Assembly: GCA_964507305.1 (NCBI GenBank)
Contig: CAZDPQ010000001.1
Coordinates: 16,507-80,506, forward strand
DNA: 64,000 nucleotides
DNA from: an uncultured Oscillospiraceae bacterium
GTDB taxonomy: Bacteria > Bacillota > Clostridia > Saccharofermentanales > UBA5734
Direction: 5' to 3'
A program made the position numbers and the translations under genes. Shown here one piece after another: positions 29,889-38,914 of this stretch. Positions within the stretch are counted from its first letter, which is position 1. Each line of letters begins with the position of its first letter. The notes under the pieces are model-generated. The model was not told the DNA's origin. It ran no database searches and saw only the letters and a program-made list of their open reading frames with translations.

Positions 29889-29923
29889 AAAAACCCGCCC
29901 GGCTGCAAGTCGGGCGGGTCTTC
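29889..29923 (-). terminator. rho-independent terminator of tRNA-Gln (copy 2 of the 35-bp direct repeat)
   Basis: The same hairpin plus T5, starting 5 nt after the tRNA CCA end. Confidence 0.8.
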
Positions 29924-29927
29924 GTTC

Positions 29928-30001
29928 TGGCTGCCGAACAGGGATTTGAACCCCGACAGACTGCTCCAGAGGCAGTTGTGCTACCATTACACAATTCGGC
30001 A
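29928..30001 (-). tRNA. tRNA-Gln (anticodon CUG), CCA encoded
   Basis: Hand-folded 74-nt cloverleaf. Acceptor stem UGCCGAA/UUCGGCA with U1:A72. D arm GUGU-AAUGGUA-GCAC. Anticodon arm ACUGC-CUCUGGA-GCAGU. T arm CGGGG-UUCAAAU-CCCUG. Discriminator G followed by CCA. Confidence 0.88.
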
Positions 30002-30012
30002 CCGCGTTTGAG

Positions 30013-30041
30013 ATTATATCACGTGCTCTTTGTTTGTGCAA
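30013..30041 (-). promoter_or_regulatory. putative sigmaA promoter of tRNA-Gln
   Basis: On the minus strand: TTGCAC, a 17-nt spacer, then TATAAT, ending 11 nt upstream of the tRNA 5' end. Confidence 0.6.
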
Positions 30042-30093
30042 CATTCATTTGACCGGTCCGGGGCGCGCCGGACATCCACGGATACTGCAGGTT

Positions 30094-30537
30094 TCAGCGG
30101 GCGTTCCCGTCGCGGATCCCCTGCCTGCAGCAAGCCCTGACCGCCTCGACGGCAGCGTCGATCAGCGTCTGCACGGGGGTCTCCCGGGCGATCCCGGCGA
30201 CCTCGAGGTTGCACTTGTCGAGCGGGACCAGGATCTTGCGGGCGTCGCTGTGAGCCACGGCGGCCGCCATGCTGTCGGAAAGCTCGCCCATCATCGCGCC
30301 GCCGGCAAGGATGCCGATCACCCCGACGATGATGTCCGTCCGGGGAGCATTCCATACGATGGCATGTTCGCCGGTCGCCCCCTTGTCAGCTCCCGCGCGG
30401 AGCATCGCGGACGTCGCGGCCGAATTGGTCCCGAGCGCCAGGATCTCGAGGTCGGGGATCTCCCTGCGGAGTTTTTCGACGATCGCTTTTCCGATGCCCC
30501 CGCCCTGTCCATCGATCACTGCAGCACGCATATTCAC
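30094..30537 (-). CDS. DUF3842-like small cytoplasmic protein
   Basis: AAVIDGQGGGIGKAIVEKLRREIPDLEILALGTNSAATSAMLRAGADKGATGEHAIV matches my recollection of the DUF3842 family of Clostridia. GGGGAGG RBS. Confidence 0.55.
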   Translation of the reverse strand: MNMRAAVIDGQGGGIGKAIVEKLRREIPDLEILALGTNSAATSAMLRAGADKGATGEHAIVWNAPRTDIIVGVIGILAGGAMMGELSDSMAAAVAHSDARKILVPLDKCNLEVAGIARETPVQTLIDAAVEAVRACCRQGIRDGNAR

Positions 30538-30700
30538 AGCCTCCCCGTACCTATCCTCATTCCGCCGGCTCCGGCAACCGGATCCGGTGACCTCGTAAAG
30601 ACATTATAGCCGAAACCCGATCCCGACGTCCAGACGACACCCCGGCGGATCCGATTGCCGCGTCGCGTCACGGCGCAGCGCGTCGTGCCCGGTGCGCCGT

Positions 30701-32521
30701 TCAGACCTTGAGCGTGACGGTGAAAACGGAACCCTGTCCGACCACGCTTTCGGCATGGACCTCGCCTCCGTACAGCATGGCGATGTGCTTGACGATCGAG
30801 AGTCCCAGCCCGGTCCCTCCGAGTTCCCGGGACCTGCCCTTGTCCACCCGGTAGAATCGTTCAAAGATCCGGGGAAGGTGCTCGGCCGGGATCCCGTTCC
30901 CGTTGTCGCGCACCCGGATCCGCACCTGGCCTTCACTGTCCCTGCAGGCGCTGACGTAGACCCTGCCGCCCGGGTTATTATACCGGACCGCGTTTTCGAT
31001 CAGGTTGATCAGGACCTGCTTGATCCGGTTCCGGTTCGCATGGAGGATCAGCGGCGGCTCGCTGTCGGCGCCGGCATTTCCCCGGTCCGCGCCGACAGAA
31101 GGCGGATCCGGAAAAGGCTCTTCGGAAAATCCTTCTTCGACAAGGATGGAGACATTCCGCGCGACCGCCTCCTCATCCAGCATGACGATCACTTCGTCGA
31201 TGAGCGGGTAGAGATCGAAATCCGCACAGTCGGTGTCGGTTTTCATCTCTTCGATCTCGGACAGCGAAAGGATGTCGCTGATCAGCTTGTACAGCCGTTC
31301 CGCCTCGATGTCGATGATCTCGAGGAACCGGTCCGTTGTCTCCCGGTCACGCACATTCCCGCTCCGGAGTGTGTCCACGAATCCGCGGATCGAGGTCAGC
31401 GGAGTCTTCAGTTCATGGGTCACATTTGCCACGAAGTCGGAGCGCATCTTCTGCAGGCGGTGGATCTCGGTGATATCCTGGAAAAGAGCGATGGCGCCGC
31501 GGCTGCCGGATACCGGCGCCAGAAAAACGGACATCCGGTAAAGGCGGGTGCCTGCGCGGGTGCCGATCCTGACCTGGCCGGTCTGACCCTCTCCGCTTGC
31601 GAGAGCCCTGCGGACCCACTCCTCCGCTTCAGCGGAGCGCACGATGGAGATGAACGGGCAGGACGCGCCGGCCGGGATCGGCGGGACGTCGAAATCGTCC
31701 AGGATGCTGTGGTTGTAAAAGGTCACCGCAAGATTTTCGTCGACCGCGATGATCGGGCTGCCGATCGAATTCAGGACCGTGTCCATCCGCAGGTTTTTCT
31801 CCCGGATCTCGCCGATGACATCTTCCTGCTTCTGCGCCATCTTGTTGAAAGCGGCCGACAGGTCCCCGATCTCGGTCCTGCCCCTGCCGCTGCGCGGGAC
31901 CCGGGCCGAATAGTCTCCGCCGGCCATGCGGTCGGCCGCGGCTTTCAGCCCGAAAAGCGGCCGGGCGACCGCGCGGGCGGCGAGGATGCCTACCGTCGCG
32001 AAAGCCAGGAGAGTTGCTGCGAGGACGAGCGCGAGACGGACCTCCATGCTCCGGAGATTGCGGATGTAAATATTCAGGGGGAGCGCGGCGCGGATCACCA
32101 CATCGAGCTGCGCGTCGTATTCCGCATAATAGTAGATCCGGATGCGGAGCGTCGCGCTTTCGCGGATGGACTGGCCGGACGCGCGGCTGTCGATGGCCTG
32201 TCGGATCTCGGGGCGGTCCAGGTGGTTGGTCCTGAACGTATTGTCACTTTCATTGTCAAAAAGGACATCGCCGTTCGTTTCGACGACCGTGATCCGGATC
32301 TGCTCTGTATCCGATGAAAAGACAAGGCCGACCCGGTCCGCTGCTTCCGCATAGGTCTTCCCCTGCCCGATCTCATACGCGAAAAGCCGGATTGCGGAAT
32401 CCAGCCGGTTGTCGGTCGTTTCGCGGTTGTAGGAATTCATGATGGAAAACGCGATGCCGCCGGCCAGCAGCATGCTGACCAGCAGGATGGCGGCAATGAG
32501 CCAGTAGATCCTTTTAAGCAC
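30701..32521 (-). CDS. phoR: sensor histidine kinase, PhoR-like
   Basis: Two TM segments, HAMP and PAS-like regions, the H-box FVANVTHELKTPLTSIRGF and the G-boxes GTGLGLSIVKH. Context is with phoP and pst. Confidence 0.82.
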   Translation of the reverse strand: MLKRIYWLIAAILLVSMLLAGGIAFSIMNSYNRETTDNRLDSAIRLFAYEIGQGKTYAEAADRVGLVFSSDTEQIRITVVETNGDVLFDNESDNTFRTNHLDRPEIRQAIDSRASGQSIRESATLRIRIYYYAEYDAQLDVVIRAALPLNIYIRNLRSMEVRLALVLAATLLAFATVGILAARAVARPLFGLKAAADRMAGGDYSARVPRSGRGRTEIGDLSAAFNKMAQKQEDVIGEIREKNLRMDTVLNSIGSPIIAVDENLAVTFYNHSILDDFDVPPIPAGASCPFISIVRSAEAEEWVRRALASGEGQTGQVRIGTRAGTRLYRMSVFLAPVSGSRGAIALFQDITEIHRLQKMRSDFVANVTHELKTPLTSIRGFVDTLRSGNVRDRETTDRFLEIIDIEAERLYKLISDILSLSEIEEMKTDTDCADFDLYPLIDEVIVMLDEEAVARNVSILVEEGFSEEPFPDPPSVGADRGNAGADSEPPLILHANRNRIKQVLINLIENAVRYNNPGGRVYVSACRDSEGQVRIRVRDNGNGIPAEHLPRIFERFYRVDKGRSRELGGTGLGLSIVKHIAMLYGGEVHAESVVGQGSVFTVTLKV

Positions 32522-32556
32522 CCTTCGTCCCTCCGTCCGTTTCCCGCTGCATCCCC

Positions 32557-33315
32557 TCAGGCATCGCGGAACCGGTAGCCGCGGCCCCGGACGGTCTCGA
32601 TGAACCGGGGCTCGGCGTCGTTTTCTTCGATTTTTCTCCGGAGCTGCCGGATGTGCACGTCGACCGTGCGGGTTTCGCCTGCGTATTCATACCCCCAGAC
32701 ATAGGCCAGGAGATCTTCGCGGGAATAGGCGATCCCCTTGTTTTTCATCATGAATTTCAGCAGCTCGTATTCGCGGTGCGTCATCTCGATCTCCGCGCCG
32801 TCCTTGTACACGCGGTGTTTCCCGTCGTCGACGGTGATCCCGGCATGGGTGATCGTGACTTCGGCGCCGGATGGGGGCAGCGCGGCGTCTGTACGGACGG
32901 GGCTATCCGTGCGGAGACCCGTTCCGCCGCTTCGGACGTACCGCCGGATATTCGCGTTCACGCGGGCCAGGAACTCGCGGACGCCGAACGGTTTGGTGAC
33001 ATAATCATCCGCGCCGCTGTCGAGCGCCTGGACCTTGTCCGGTTCGCTGCCGCGCGCCGTGAGCATGATGACCGGCACGGACCCGTAAGCCGGATTCCTG
33101 CGGATCCTGGCACAGATTTCGATGCCGTCGATCCCCGGCAGCATGATATCCAGGATGAAAAGCGAAAGGTCCGGCATCGGCACGCGGTCCAGGGCTTCCA
33201 GCATCGACGGCCCGTCCCGGAATGAAAGGACCGCGTACCCCTCGCTCTTCAGGTTGTACTCGACCAGCTCGGCGATGGTCGCGTCATCTTCGACGGTAAC
33301 GATCAGCGGCTTCAT
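32557..33315 (-). CDS. phoP: OmpR/PhoB-family response regulator, PhoP-like
   Basis: ATG 33315 (MKPLIVTVEDD) after GGAGGG. Receiver motifs (DIMLPGIDG) and a winged-helix C-terminus (RTVDVHIRQLRRKIE...IETVRGRGYRF). Confidence 0.88.
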   Translation of the reverse strand: MKPLIVTVEDDATIAELVEYNLKSEGYAVLSFRDGPSMLEALDRVPMPDLSLFILDIMLPGIDGIEICARIRRNPAYGSVPVIMLTARGSEPDKVQALDSGADDYVTKPFGVREFLARVNANIRRYVRSGGTGLRTDSPVRTDAALPPSGAEVTITHAGITVDDGKHRVYKDGAEIEMTHREYELLKFMMKNKGIAYSREDLLAYVWGYEYAGETRTVDVHIRQLRRKIEENDAEPRFIETVRGRGYRFRDA

Positions 33316-33340
33316 TTCCCGATCCCTCCGGCTGACGGCA

Positions 33341-33994
33341 TCAGACATGTTCTCCCAGACAATCATAGACGACCCATTCCGCGACGTTCTGCGCGTGGTC
33401 GGCGATCCGTTCGAAATACTTGCAGACCAGCAGCATCTCGACATACTGCCCGATGTTCGGCGTGTCGACCGACATCAGGTGGATCAGCTCTTCCTTGAGC
33501 TTTTCGTACAGCTCGTCGACGCGGTCGTCGCGCGCGATCACGCTTTGCGCCAGCTCGGTGCTGCGCGTGACGTAGGCATCGAGGGCTCCGCGGATCATGT
33601 CCTTGGAGATGCCCGCCATCGTGATCAGATCGTGGTGGACCATGACGCGCTTCATCCCCGTCAGGATAAGGATCTTCTGCGAAATGTCGCTGGCGTGGTC
33701 CGCGATGCGCTCCAGGTCGGTGATCAGCTTCAGCGCGGATGTCACGTCCCGCAGATCCCGCGCGACCGGCTGCTGCTTGGCGATGATCTCCAGGCATTTG
33801 TCCTCGATTTGCGTTTCCATCGCATCGATCAGGTCATCCTGCTCCATCGTCCTGCGGGCCAGGTCGCCATCCATCTCGACAAGCGCCGTGATCGCGTCCC
33901 CGATCGCATTCTCGACCGCGACTCCCATCCGCACGATCATCGCGTGCATTTCCGAAAGCTCCTTTTCGAATACATGTCTTGTGACCATATCCAA
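33341..33994 (-). CDS. phoU: phosphate signalling complex protein PhoU
   Basis: Two PhoU repeats, each with an ERIADHA-type motif. Confidence 0.9.
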   Translation of the reverse strand: MDMVTRHVFEKELSEMHAMIVRMGVAVENAIGDAITALVEMDGDLARRTMEQDDLIDAMETQIEDKCLEIIAKQQPVARDLRDVTSALKLITDLERIADHASDISQKILILTGMKRVMVHHDLITMAGISKDMIRGALDAYVTRSTELAQSVIARDDRVDELYEKLKEELIHLMSVDTPNIGQYVEMLLVCKYFERIADHAQNVAEWVVYDCLGEHV

Positions 33995-34034
33995 CCCCCG
34001 ATACCCTTCATTGTATCATTGAAGCGTCCGGCCG

Positions 34035-34964
34035 TCAGCCGAATCTTCCGGTGATGTAATCCTCCGTCCGGCGGTCGGACGGCCGCTGGAAAATCTTGTC
34101 GGTCCGGTCAGCCTCGACCAGTTCGCCGAGCAGGAAAAAGGCGGTCCGGTCGGATACGCGGCCGGCCTGCTGCATATTGTGCGTCACGATCACGATCGTG
34201 TAATCCTTCTTGAGCTCCTGCACAAGATCCTCGATCTTCAGCGTCGAAAGCGGATCCAGCGCCGATGTCGGCTCATCCATCAGGATGACCTCCGGCTCGA
34301 CCGCCAGGGCACGCGCGATGCAAAGCCTCTGCTGCTGCCCTCCGGAAAGGCTGTAGGCATTGTCGTTCAGGCGCCCCTTGACTTCATCCCACAGAGCCGC
34401 TGCTTTCAGGCTCTTTTCCGCGATTTCCTCCAGCACTCCCCTGTTTTTGATCCCGTGGATCCGCGGCCCGTAGATGACATTCTCGAAAATGGATTTCGGA
34501 AACGGATTCGGCTTCTGGAATACCATCCCGACCCGGGTCCTCAGCTCTTCTACATGGATGCTTTTATCAAAGATATCGACTCCGTCGTAAAGGATTTGCC
34601 CGCTTGTCCGGACCGACGGGATCAGGTCGACCATCCGGTTGAGCGTTTTGATGTAGGTCGATTTTCCGCAGCCGGAAGGACCGATGATCGCCGTGATCTC
34701 GTGGCGGCGGATGTTCAGGCTGATGTCCTTCAGCGCGTGGTTTTCACCGTACCAGAGGTTGAACCGCTCGGTGCGGTAGACATGATCCTCATTCGCCGCG
34801 TCCGCCGGCGGCGTGTTTTCATGATTCGCCATCGGATGGGCCGCCTGCCTTTCCATCGGCTTCTCCATCGGTCTTTCTTTTTCGATTCCCGTCTGCATTT
34901 CTATCTGTTTCTCCATCTGCATTCCCATCTTCTCTTCTATCTGTTCTTCCATCTGCATTCCCAT
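34035..34964 (-). CDS. pstB: phosphate ABC transporter ATP-binding protein PstB (start uncertain: 34964 or 34832)
   Basis: [16 protein letters not shown], Walker [10 protein letters not shown] and LSGGQQQR. An upstream in-frame Met/Glu/Gln-rich extension is discussed in the findings. Confidence 0.9.
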   Translation of the reverse strand: MGMQMEEQIEEKMGMQMEKQIEMQTGIEKERPMEKPMERQAAHPMANHENTPPADAANEDHVYRTERFNLWYGENHALKDISLNIRRHEITAIIGPSGCGKSTYIKTLNRMVDLIPSVRTSGQILYDGVDIFDKSIHVEELRTRVGMVFQKPNPFPKSIFENVIYGPRIHGIKNRGVLEEIAEKSLKAAALWDEVKGRLNDNAYSLSGGQQQRLCIARALAVEPEVILMDEPTSALDPLSTLKIEDLVQELKKDYTIVIVTHNMQQAGRVSDRTAFFLLGELVEADRTDKIFQRPSDRRTEDYITGRFG

Positions 34965-34970
34965 CCGCTT
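34899..34970. repeat. 36-bp tandem duplication (2 copies, 29 of 31 aligned core positions identical)
   Basis: Plus-strand ttctatctgtttctccatctgcattcccatc at 34899-34929 aligns with ttctatctgttcttccatctgcattcccatc at 34935-34965. Confidence 0.85.
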
Positions 34971-34974
34971 GCCT

Positions 34975-35895
34975 TCAGAATTTCCGCTGGAACCGGTTCC
35001 GTATGAAAATCGCGACTGCATTCAGCACGGACAGCATCGCCAGAAGCACGAGGATCGTCGCGGCGGCAAGATTGATGTACTCCTTCACCAGGACGCTGTC
35101 CAGCGTCCAGTAATAGATCTGCACCGGCAAAGCCGTAAAATTGTCGAAAATGCTCCGCGGGATCCGCAGGATCAGCGCCGGGATGCCGAGGACGATCAGG
35201 GGCGCGGTTTCTCCGATCGCGCGGGCGATCGCCAGGATCGACCCGGTCAGGATCCCGGGCAGGGCTGCCGGAAGGACGACTTTGCGGATCGTCGTCCATT
35301 GGGTCGCCCCCATGGCATACGACGCTTCCCGGAGATAGCCCGGGACTGCCTTGAGAGCCTCCTGGGCCGACACGACAACGATCGGGAGGACCAGCAGCGA
35401 CAAGGTCAGCGCACCCGCCAGGATGCTCGAGCCGAGCCGCATCAGCCGGCTGAACACCGTAAGCCCCAGCAGTCCGAAAATCACGGACGGCACGGCGGAC
35501 AGGTTGGAAATGTTGATTTTCACAAAGGAATGGAAAAAGCCCTTCCGCACATATTCTTCGAGAAAAATCGCCGACGCGGCGCCCAGGAGGATGGCGAGCG
35601 GCGCCGTGACAAGCATCAGCATGCCGGATCCGAGGATCACGCCTTTGATGCCCGCTTTCGACGGGGAAATCGACAGATTGGATGTCAGGAACTTCCAGTC
35701 CAGCCACCCGATGCTCTGCGACAGCATCCGGATGAGGAGGATCGCAAGGATAAGCAGGGCGAAAACCACCGTCAGGAGGAAAATGCTTCGGATCAGCCGG
35801 TCGGCCATCAGGCGGCGGCGGAGCCTCCGCTGCTGCCTCTTCGCGGCGGCAGGGTCCCGGAAAAGGGTGATGCGGTCCGAACGATCGGCGGCCAT
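34975..35895 (-). CDS. pstA: phosphate ABC transporter permease PstA
   Basis: Multi-TM protein with an EAA-like loop ([20 protein letters not shown]). ATG 35895 lies 1 nt after the pstC stop, with GGGAGGTG upstream. Confidence 0.88.
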   Translation of the reverse strand: MAADRSDRITLFRDPAAAKRQQRRLRRRLMADRLIRSIFLLTVVFALLILAILLIRMLSQSIGWLDWKFLTSNLSISPSKAGIKGVILGSGMLMLVTAPLAILLGAASAIFLEEYVRKGFFHSFVKINISNLSAVPSVIFGLLGLTVFSRLMRLGSSILAGALTLSLLVLPIVVVSAQEALKAVPGYLREASYAMGATQWTTIRKVVLPAALPGILTGSILAIARAIGETAPLIVLGIPALILRIPRSIFDNFTALPVQIYYWTLDSVLVKEYINLAAATILVLLAMLSVLNAVAIFIRNRFQRKF

Positions 35896-35896
35896 G

Positions 35897-36823
35897 TCAG
35901 TACACCTCCCGGAATTTTCTCGCAATCGCGTGGGCGGCCAGATTCATCCCCAGCGTAAAAACGAATAGAAGCAGGCCGACCGCGTACAGGCTGTAATAGC
36001 CGGTCGTCCCGCTCCCGGCGTCTCCGCTGGTGAATTCCACGATATAGGCGGTCATCGTCTCCAGGGATTTCGTGATGTCCAGCGTAAAGGCTTTCGAACT
36101 GCCTGATGCGATCGCCACGATCATGGTCTCCCCGACCGCGCGGGACATGCCGAGGACGACCGACGCGATGATGCCGGACAGGGCGGCCGGCATGACCACC
36201 TTCAGCGTCGTTTCCAATTTCGTCGTTCCGAGCGCCAGGGAACCCTCCCGCAGCATGTCCGGGACGCTGTTCATGGCATCCTCCGAAAGGGAGGAGATCA
36301 GCGGGATGATCATGATCCCCATGACGATGCCGGGGCTGAGCATGTTTTTCGCCCCGATGCCCGGCAGGATCTTCATCAGAAGCGGGGTGACGAAGGAATA
36401 CGCGAAAAAGCCGTAGACGATCGTCGGGATCCCGGCCAGGACCTCGATGACCGGCTTGAGGATTTTGCGGACGGTCGCGGAGGCAAATTCGCTCAGGTAG
36501 ATCGCACCGGCAAGCCCCAGCGGCACCGCCACCAGCATGGCGATCAGCGATGTCAGTACGGTGCCCGCGATGATCGGCAGGAAACCGAAGGACGGGTTTT
36601 TCGCAAGCGGCGCAAGATGCGTGCTGAAGACCTCCCTCAGCGGGACCACGGCAAAAAACCTTGCCGCGTCGAAGAAAAGGGTCCAGAGGATCCCGGCTGT
36701 CGTGATGATCGAGACAGAAGCCGCCAGGGCCAGAAGGACGAAAACCGTCCTGTCATTCCGGCGTTTCCGGGAACTGCCGCTGTTTTTAATGATCGTTTCC
36801 CTGATTTCCGCGGGATATCGCAT
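35897..36823 (-). CDS. pstC: phosphate ABC transporter permease PstC
   Basis: Multi-TM protein containing REGSLALGTTKLETTLKVVMP. ATG 36823 follows AAAGGAAA. Confidence 0.88.
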   Translation of the reverse strand: MRYPAEIRETIIKNSGSSRKRRNDRTVFVLLALAASVSIITTAGILWTLFFDAARFFAVVPLREVFSTHLAPLAKNPSFGFLPIIAGTVLTSLIAMLVAVPLGLAGAIYLSEFASATVRKILKPVIEVLAGIPTIVYGFFAYSFVTPLLMKILPGIGAKNMLSPGIVMGIMIIPLISSLSEDAMNSVPDMLREGSLALGTTKLETTLKVVMPAALSGIIASVVLGMSRAVGETMIVAIASGSSKAFTLDITKSLETMTAYIVEFTSGDAGSGTTGYYSLYAVGLLLFVFTLGMNLAAHAIARKFREVY

Positions 36824-36901
36824 GCCGTTTCCTTTCATAACGGACAGGACAGCCGCGCGTCATGCGTCTGTCCCTCCGGCGTTCGTTTTTCGTTTCCGCG
36901 T

Positions 36902-37891
36902 TTATCCGATCGCTTCCAGCGCGGCCATGGCCTGATAGGCGGCATAATCCGCGGCGGGCAGAGGCGCGAAGCCGTTGGCGCCCGCAAAACGAAGCGCTCC
37001 CTGATCCGAAACGATGTACTTGGCAAAATCCAGCACGGCGGGATCCGATTCGGCTTTCCTCAGATTCAGGTAGGTATAGACGGCCCTCGTGAATCCGGCG
37101 TAGCCAAGCTCTTCCCCGATCGTCTCAAGGGACGGCTCCACCCCGCCTGCGCCGAAATCGACCTTGACCGCCGTCAGTTTGTCGGTATTGCCGGCATAAT
37201 AGCCGTAGCCGAAAAAGGCGATCGCATTGACATCGTTGGCCACCAGGTCAACGAGTGTCGAATATTCCTGCTGCAGATCGATTGTTTTGACCAGGTCGGC
37301 CTTCTTGAGCAGGGTTTCATGGAAAAACTCATAGGTCCCGTGATTCTCATTCGGGCCGTAGAACGATATCGCCTGCGCCGGCCACGAACTCCGGATGTCC
37401 GACCAGAAAACCTTGTCGTCCGTCCGCCAGGTCCCGGAAGTGAACATCCCCAGGATTTCCGACACGGTCATCTCCGTCGCCCATGTGTTGCCTTTGTTGA
37501 TCACGATCGTCAGTCCGTCGTAGGCGATCTTGATTTCGAGGATATCCGTGCCATAGAGGATCCCGGCTTCATTCAATGCGGTCTTCTCCTCATCCTTGAT
37601 CGCTCTGGATGCGTCGGAAAAATCGGTCTCGCCGGCAATGAACTTTTTGAATCCGGCGCTGGTCCCTGCCCGGCCCACTTCCACGCTCACATCGGGCTGC
37701 ACGCCGGTCATGTACTCTTCGGCAAGATTTGCCATGAGCGGATAGACGGTCCCCGAACCGTCGATGGCCACATCGCCGCTCAGCGCTTCATCCGAAGTTC
37801 CTGAACCCGATCCGGTCGGCTGCGCGGAACACGCCGACGCCGAGATTGCCATAAGGGCTGCCAATACCATCACTGAAAATCGTTTTACCAT
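36902..37891 (-). CDS. pstS: phosphate-binding lipoprotein PstS
   Basis: ATG 37891 (MVKRFSVMVLAALMAISASAC lipobox) after AGGAGGTG. PBP-like body, and position at the head of pstSCAB. Confidence 0.88.
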   Translation of the reverse strand: MVKRFSVMVLAALMAISASACSAQPTGSGSGTSDEALSGDVAIDGSGTVYPLMANLAEEYMTGVQPDVSVEVGRAGTSAGFKKFIAGETDFSDASRAIKDEEKTALNEAGILYGTDILEIKIAYDGLTIVINKGNTWATEMTVSEILGMFTSGTWRTDDKVFWSDIRSSWPAQAISFYGPNENHGTYEFFHETLLKKADLVKTIDLQQEYSTLVDLVANDVNAIAFFGYGYYAGNTDKLTAVKVDFGAGGVEPSLETIGEELGYAGFTRAVYTYLNLRKAESDPAVLDFAKYIVSDQGALRFAGANGFAPLPAADYAAYQAMAALEAIG

Positions 37892-37981
37892 GGAAATCAC
37901 CTCCTGATGCAGATCTTTTCTATGATCGTATGCTCTGATCTTCTGATCCGGTTTCATCATAACAGGTAATTTTTAGGATAT

Positions 37982-38009
37982 GATTATTGATGTGTTAATT
38001 CAATGTAAA
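37982..38009 (-). promoter_or_regulatory. PhoP-type Pho boxes upstream of pstS
   Basis: The minus strand reads TTTACA-ttgaa-TTAACA-catca-ATAATC. These are hexamers on an 11-bp period matching the Bacillus PhoP TT(A/T/C)ACA repeat consensus. A TAAAAAT -10-like element follows. Confidence 0.6.
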
Positions 38010-38018
38010 ATAGGATCT

Positions 38019-38360
38019 CTACAGAATCACGATCGTGATCCCGTGGTTGCTGCGCGCCCAGTCCTGGTCGCGGCGGAGGCCGGGATTCAGCTCGATGGCC
38101 TTGCGGCCGTCGTTCTCGAACGGGCCGAAGGATTCGCCCGGGCAGAAGTATTTGACTCTGCCCTGGGCCTGAAGGTTGCGCAGGCACTCGCGGGTCCGGT
38201 GGCGGAGGACGCCGCCCTTGCCTGTGGACCCGTATCCGTGCACGACCTTGACGCAGTCGATGCCCATCCGGCGAAGCGTGACGAGCTCAAGCTTCAGCCG
38301 GGCAACAGCCGCATCCCCGGAAGGCATGCCCTGCTCCAGATTGACCGTCTGAATTTTCAT
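38019..38360 (-). CDS. Smr-domain protein
   Basis: The VKVVHGYGSTGKGGVLR motif resembles the Smr HGxG core. 113 aa, TAG stop. Confidence 0.75.
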   Translation of the reverse strand: MKIQTVNLEQGMPSGDAAVARLKLELVTLRRMGIDCVKVVHGYGSTGKGGVLRHRTRECLRNLQAQGRVKYFCPGESFGPFENDGRKAIELNPGLRRDQDWARSNHGITIVIL

Positions 38361-38518
38361 GATGTATCCTTATATCAACAGCCTGCGCGAGACCGCACCG
38401 ATGAGGCATGGCACGCACACGCAAATCTCACAGTTCCATTCTATCACACTTGGCAGATTATTGTTCTGCCGAAAAGAGCGAAAATTCCGCGGAAATCCTG
38501 CAAAAACCTTGTGGAAGA

Positions 38519-38555
38519 TAAAAAATCCGCCGGGCCTGATGACAGTCCCGGCGGA
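38519..38555 (-). terminator. rho-independent terminator
   Basis: On the minus strand: TCCGCCGGG, a 12-nt loop, CCCGGCGGA, then TTTTTTAT. It sits 70 nt downstream of the 81-aa ORF. Confidence 0.8.
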
Positions 38556-38625
38556 AATCAGCGAACGGCAGGCCGGCTTCAGGCCGGATGTTCCGGAAAA
38601 TACGGTAGGGATGGATGGATCCCGT

Positions 38626-38871
38626 TCATGCGCCGAACAGATTCAGGCGAAACATCATGGACTCATCATCCGGGTCTTCGCAAATGATCTTTGCTTCGAC
38701 CATCTTGCCGCCCTCGATCAATTTGACGATCCCGGCCAGCTGGCTCAGGGTGCTCTTGAGATTGAACTGATCCCCGTCATCCGTCACCAGAAGCACCCTG
38801 CCTTTGCAGCGGTCCAGCGCGTCGATGAATTTTTTAGGGTCGATGTCCCTCATGCTGAATGGTCTTGCCAT
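38626..38871 (-). CDS. small (81 aa) conserved-looking protein, possibly a His15-less HPr-like fold
   Basis: GAGGAGG RBS. DGDQFNLKSTLSQLAGIVKL resembles the HPr G-x-x-V-N-L-K-S-I-M-G-V-M-S-L region. No GIHARPA-type His motif is present. Confidence 0.5.
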   Translation of the reverse strand: MARPFSMRDIDPKKFIDALDRCKGRVLLVTDDGDQFNLKSTLSQLAGIVKLIEGGKMVEAKIICEDPDDESMMFRLNLFGA

Positions 38872-38914
38872 AGTCTTTCCTCCTCTCGTTTCGTTTGTTT
38901 GTTTGTTCTGTCTT

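Noticed and set aside
29029-30041. Classical tRNA-targeted genomic island or prophage remnant
   Set aside because: No integrase, recombinase or phage gene is present. The duplicated sequence is the terminator, not the 3' part of the tRNA. The insert is only about 0.8 kb. It is treated instead as a minimal TA cassette insertion.
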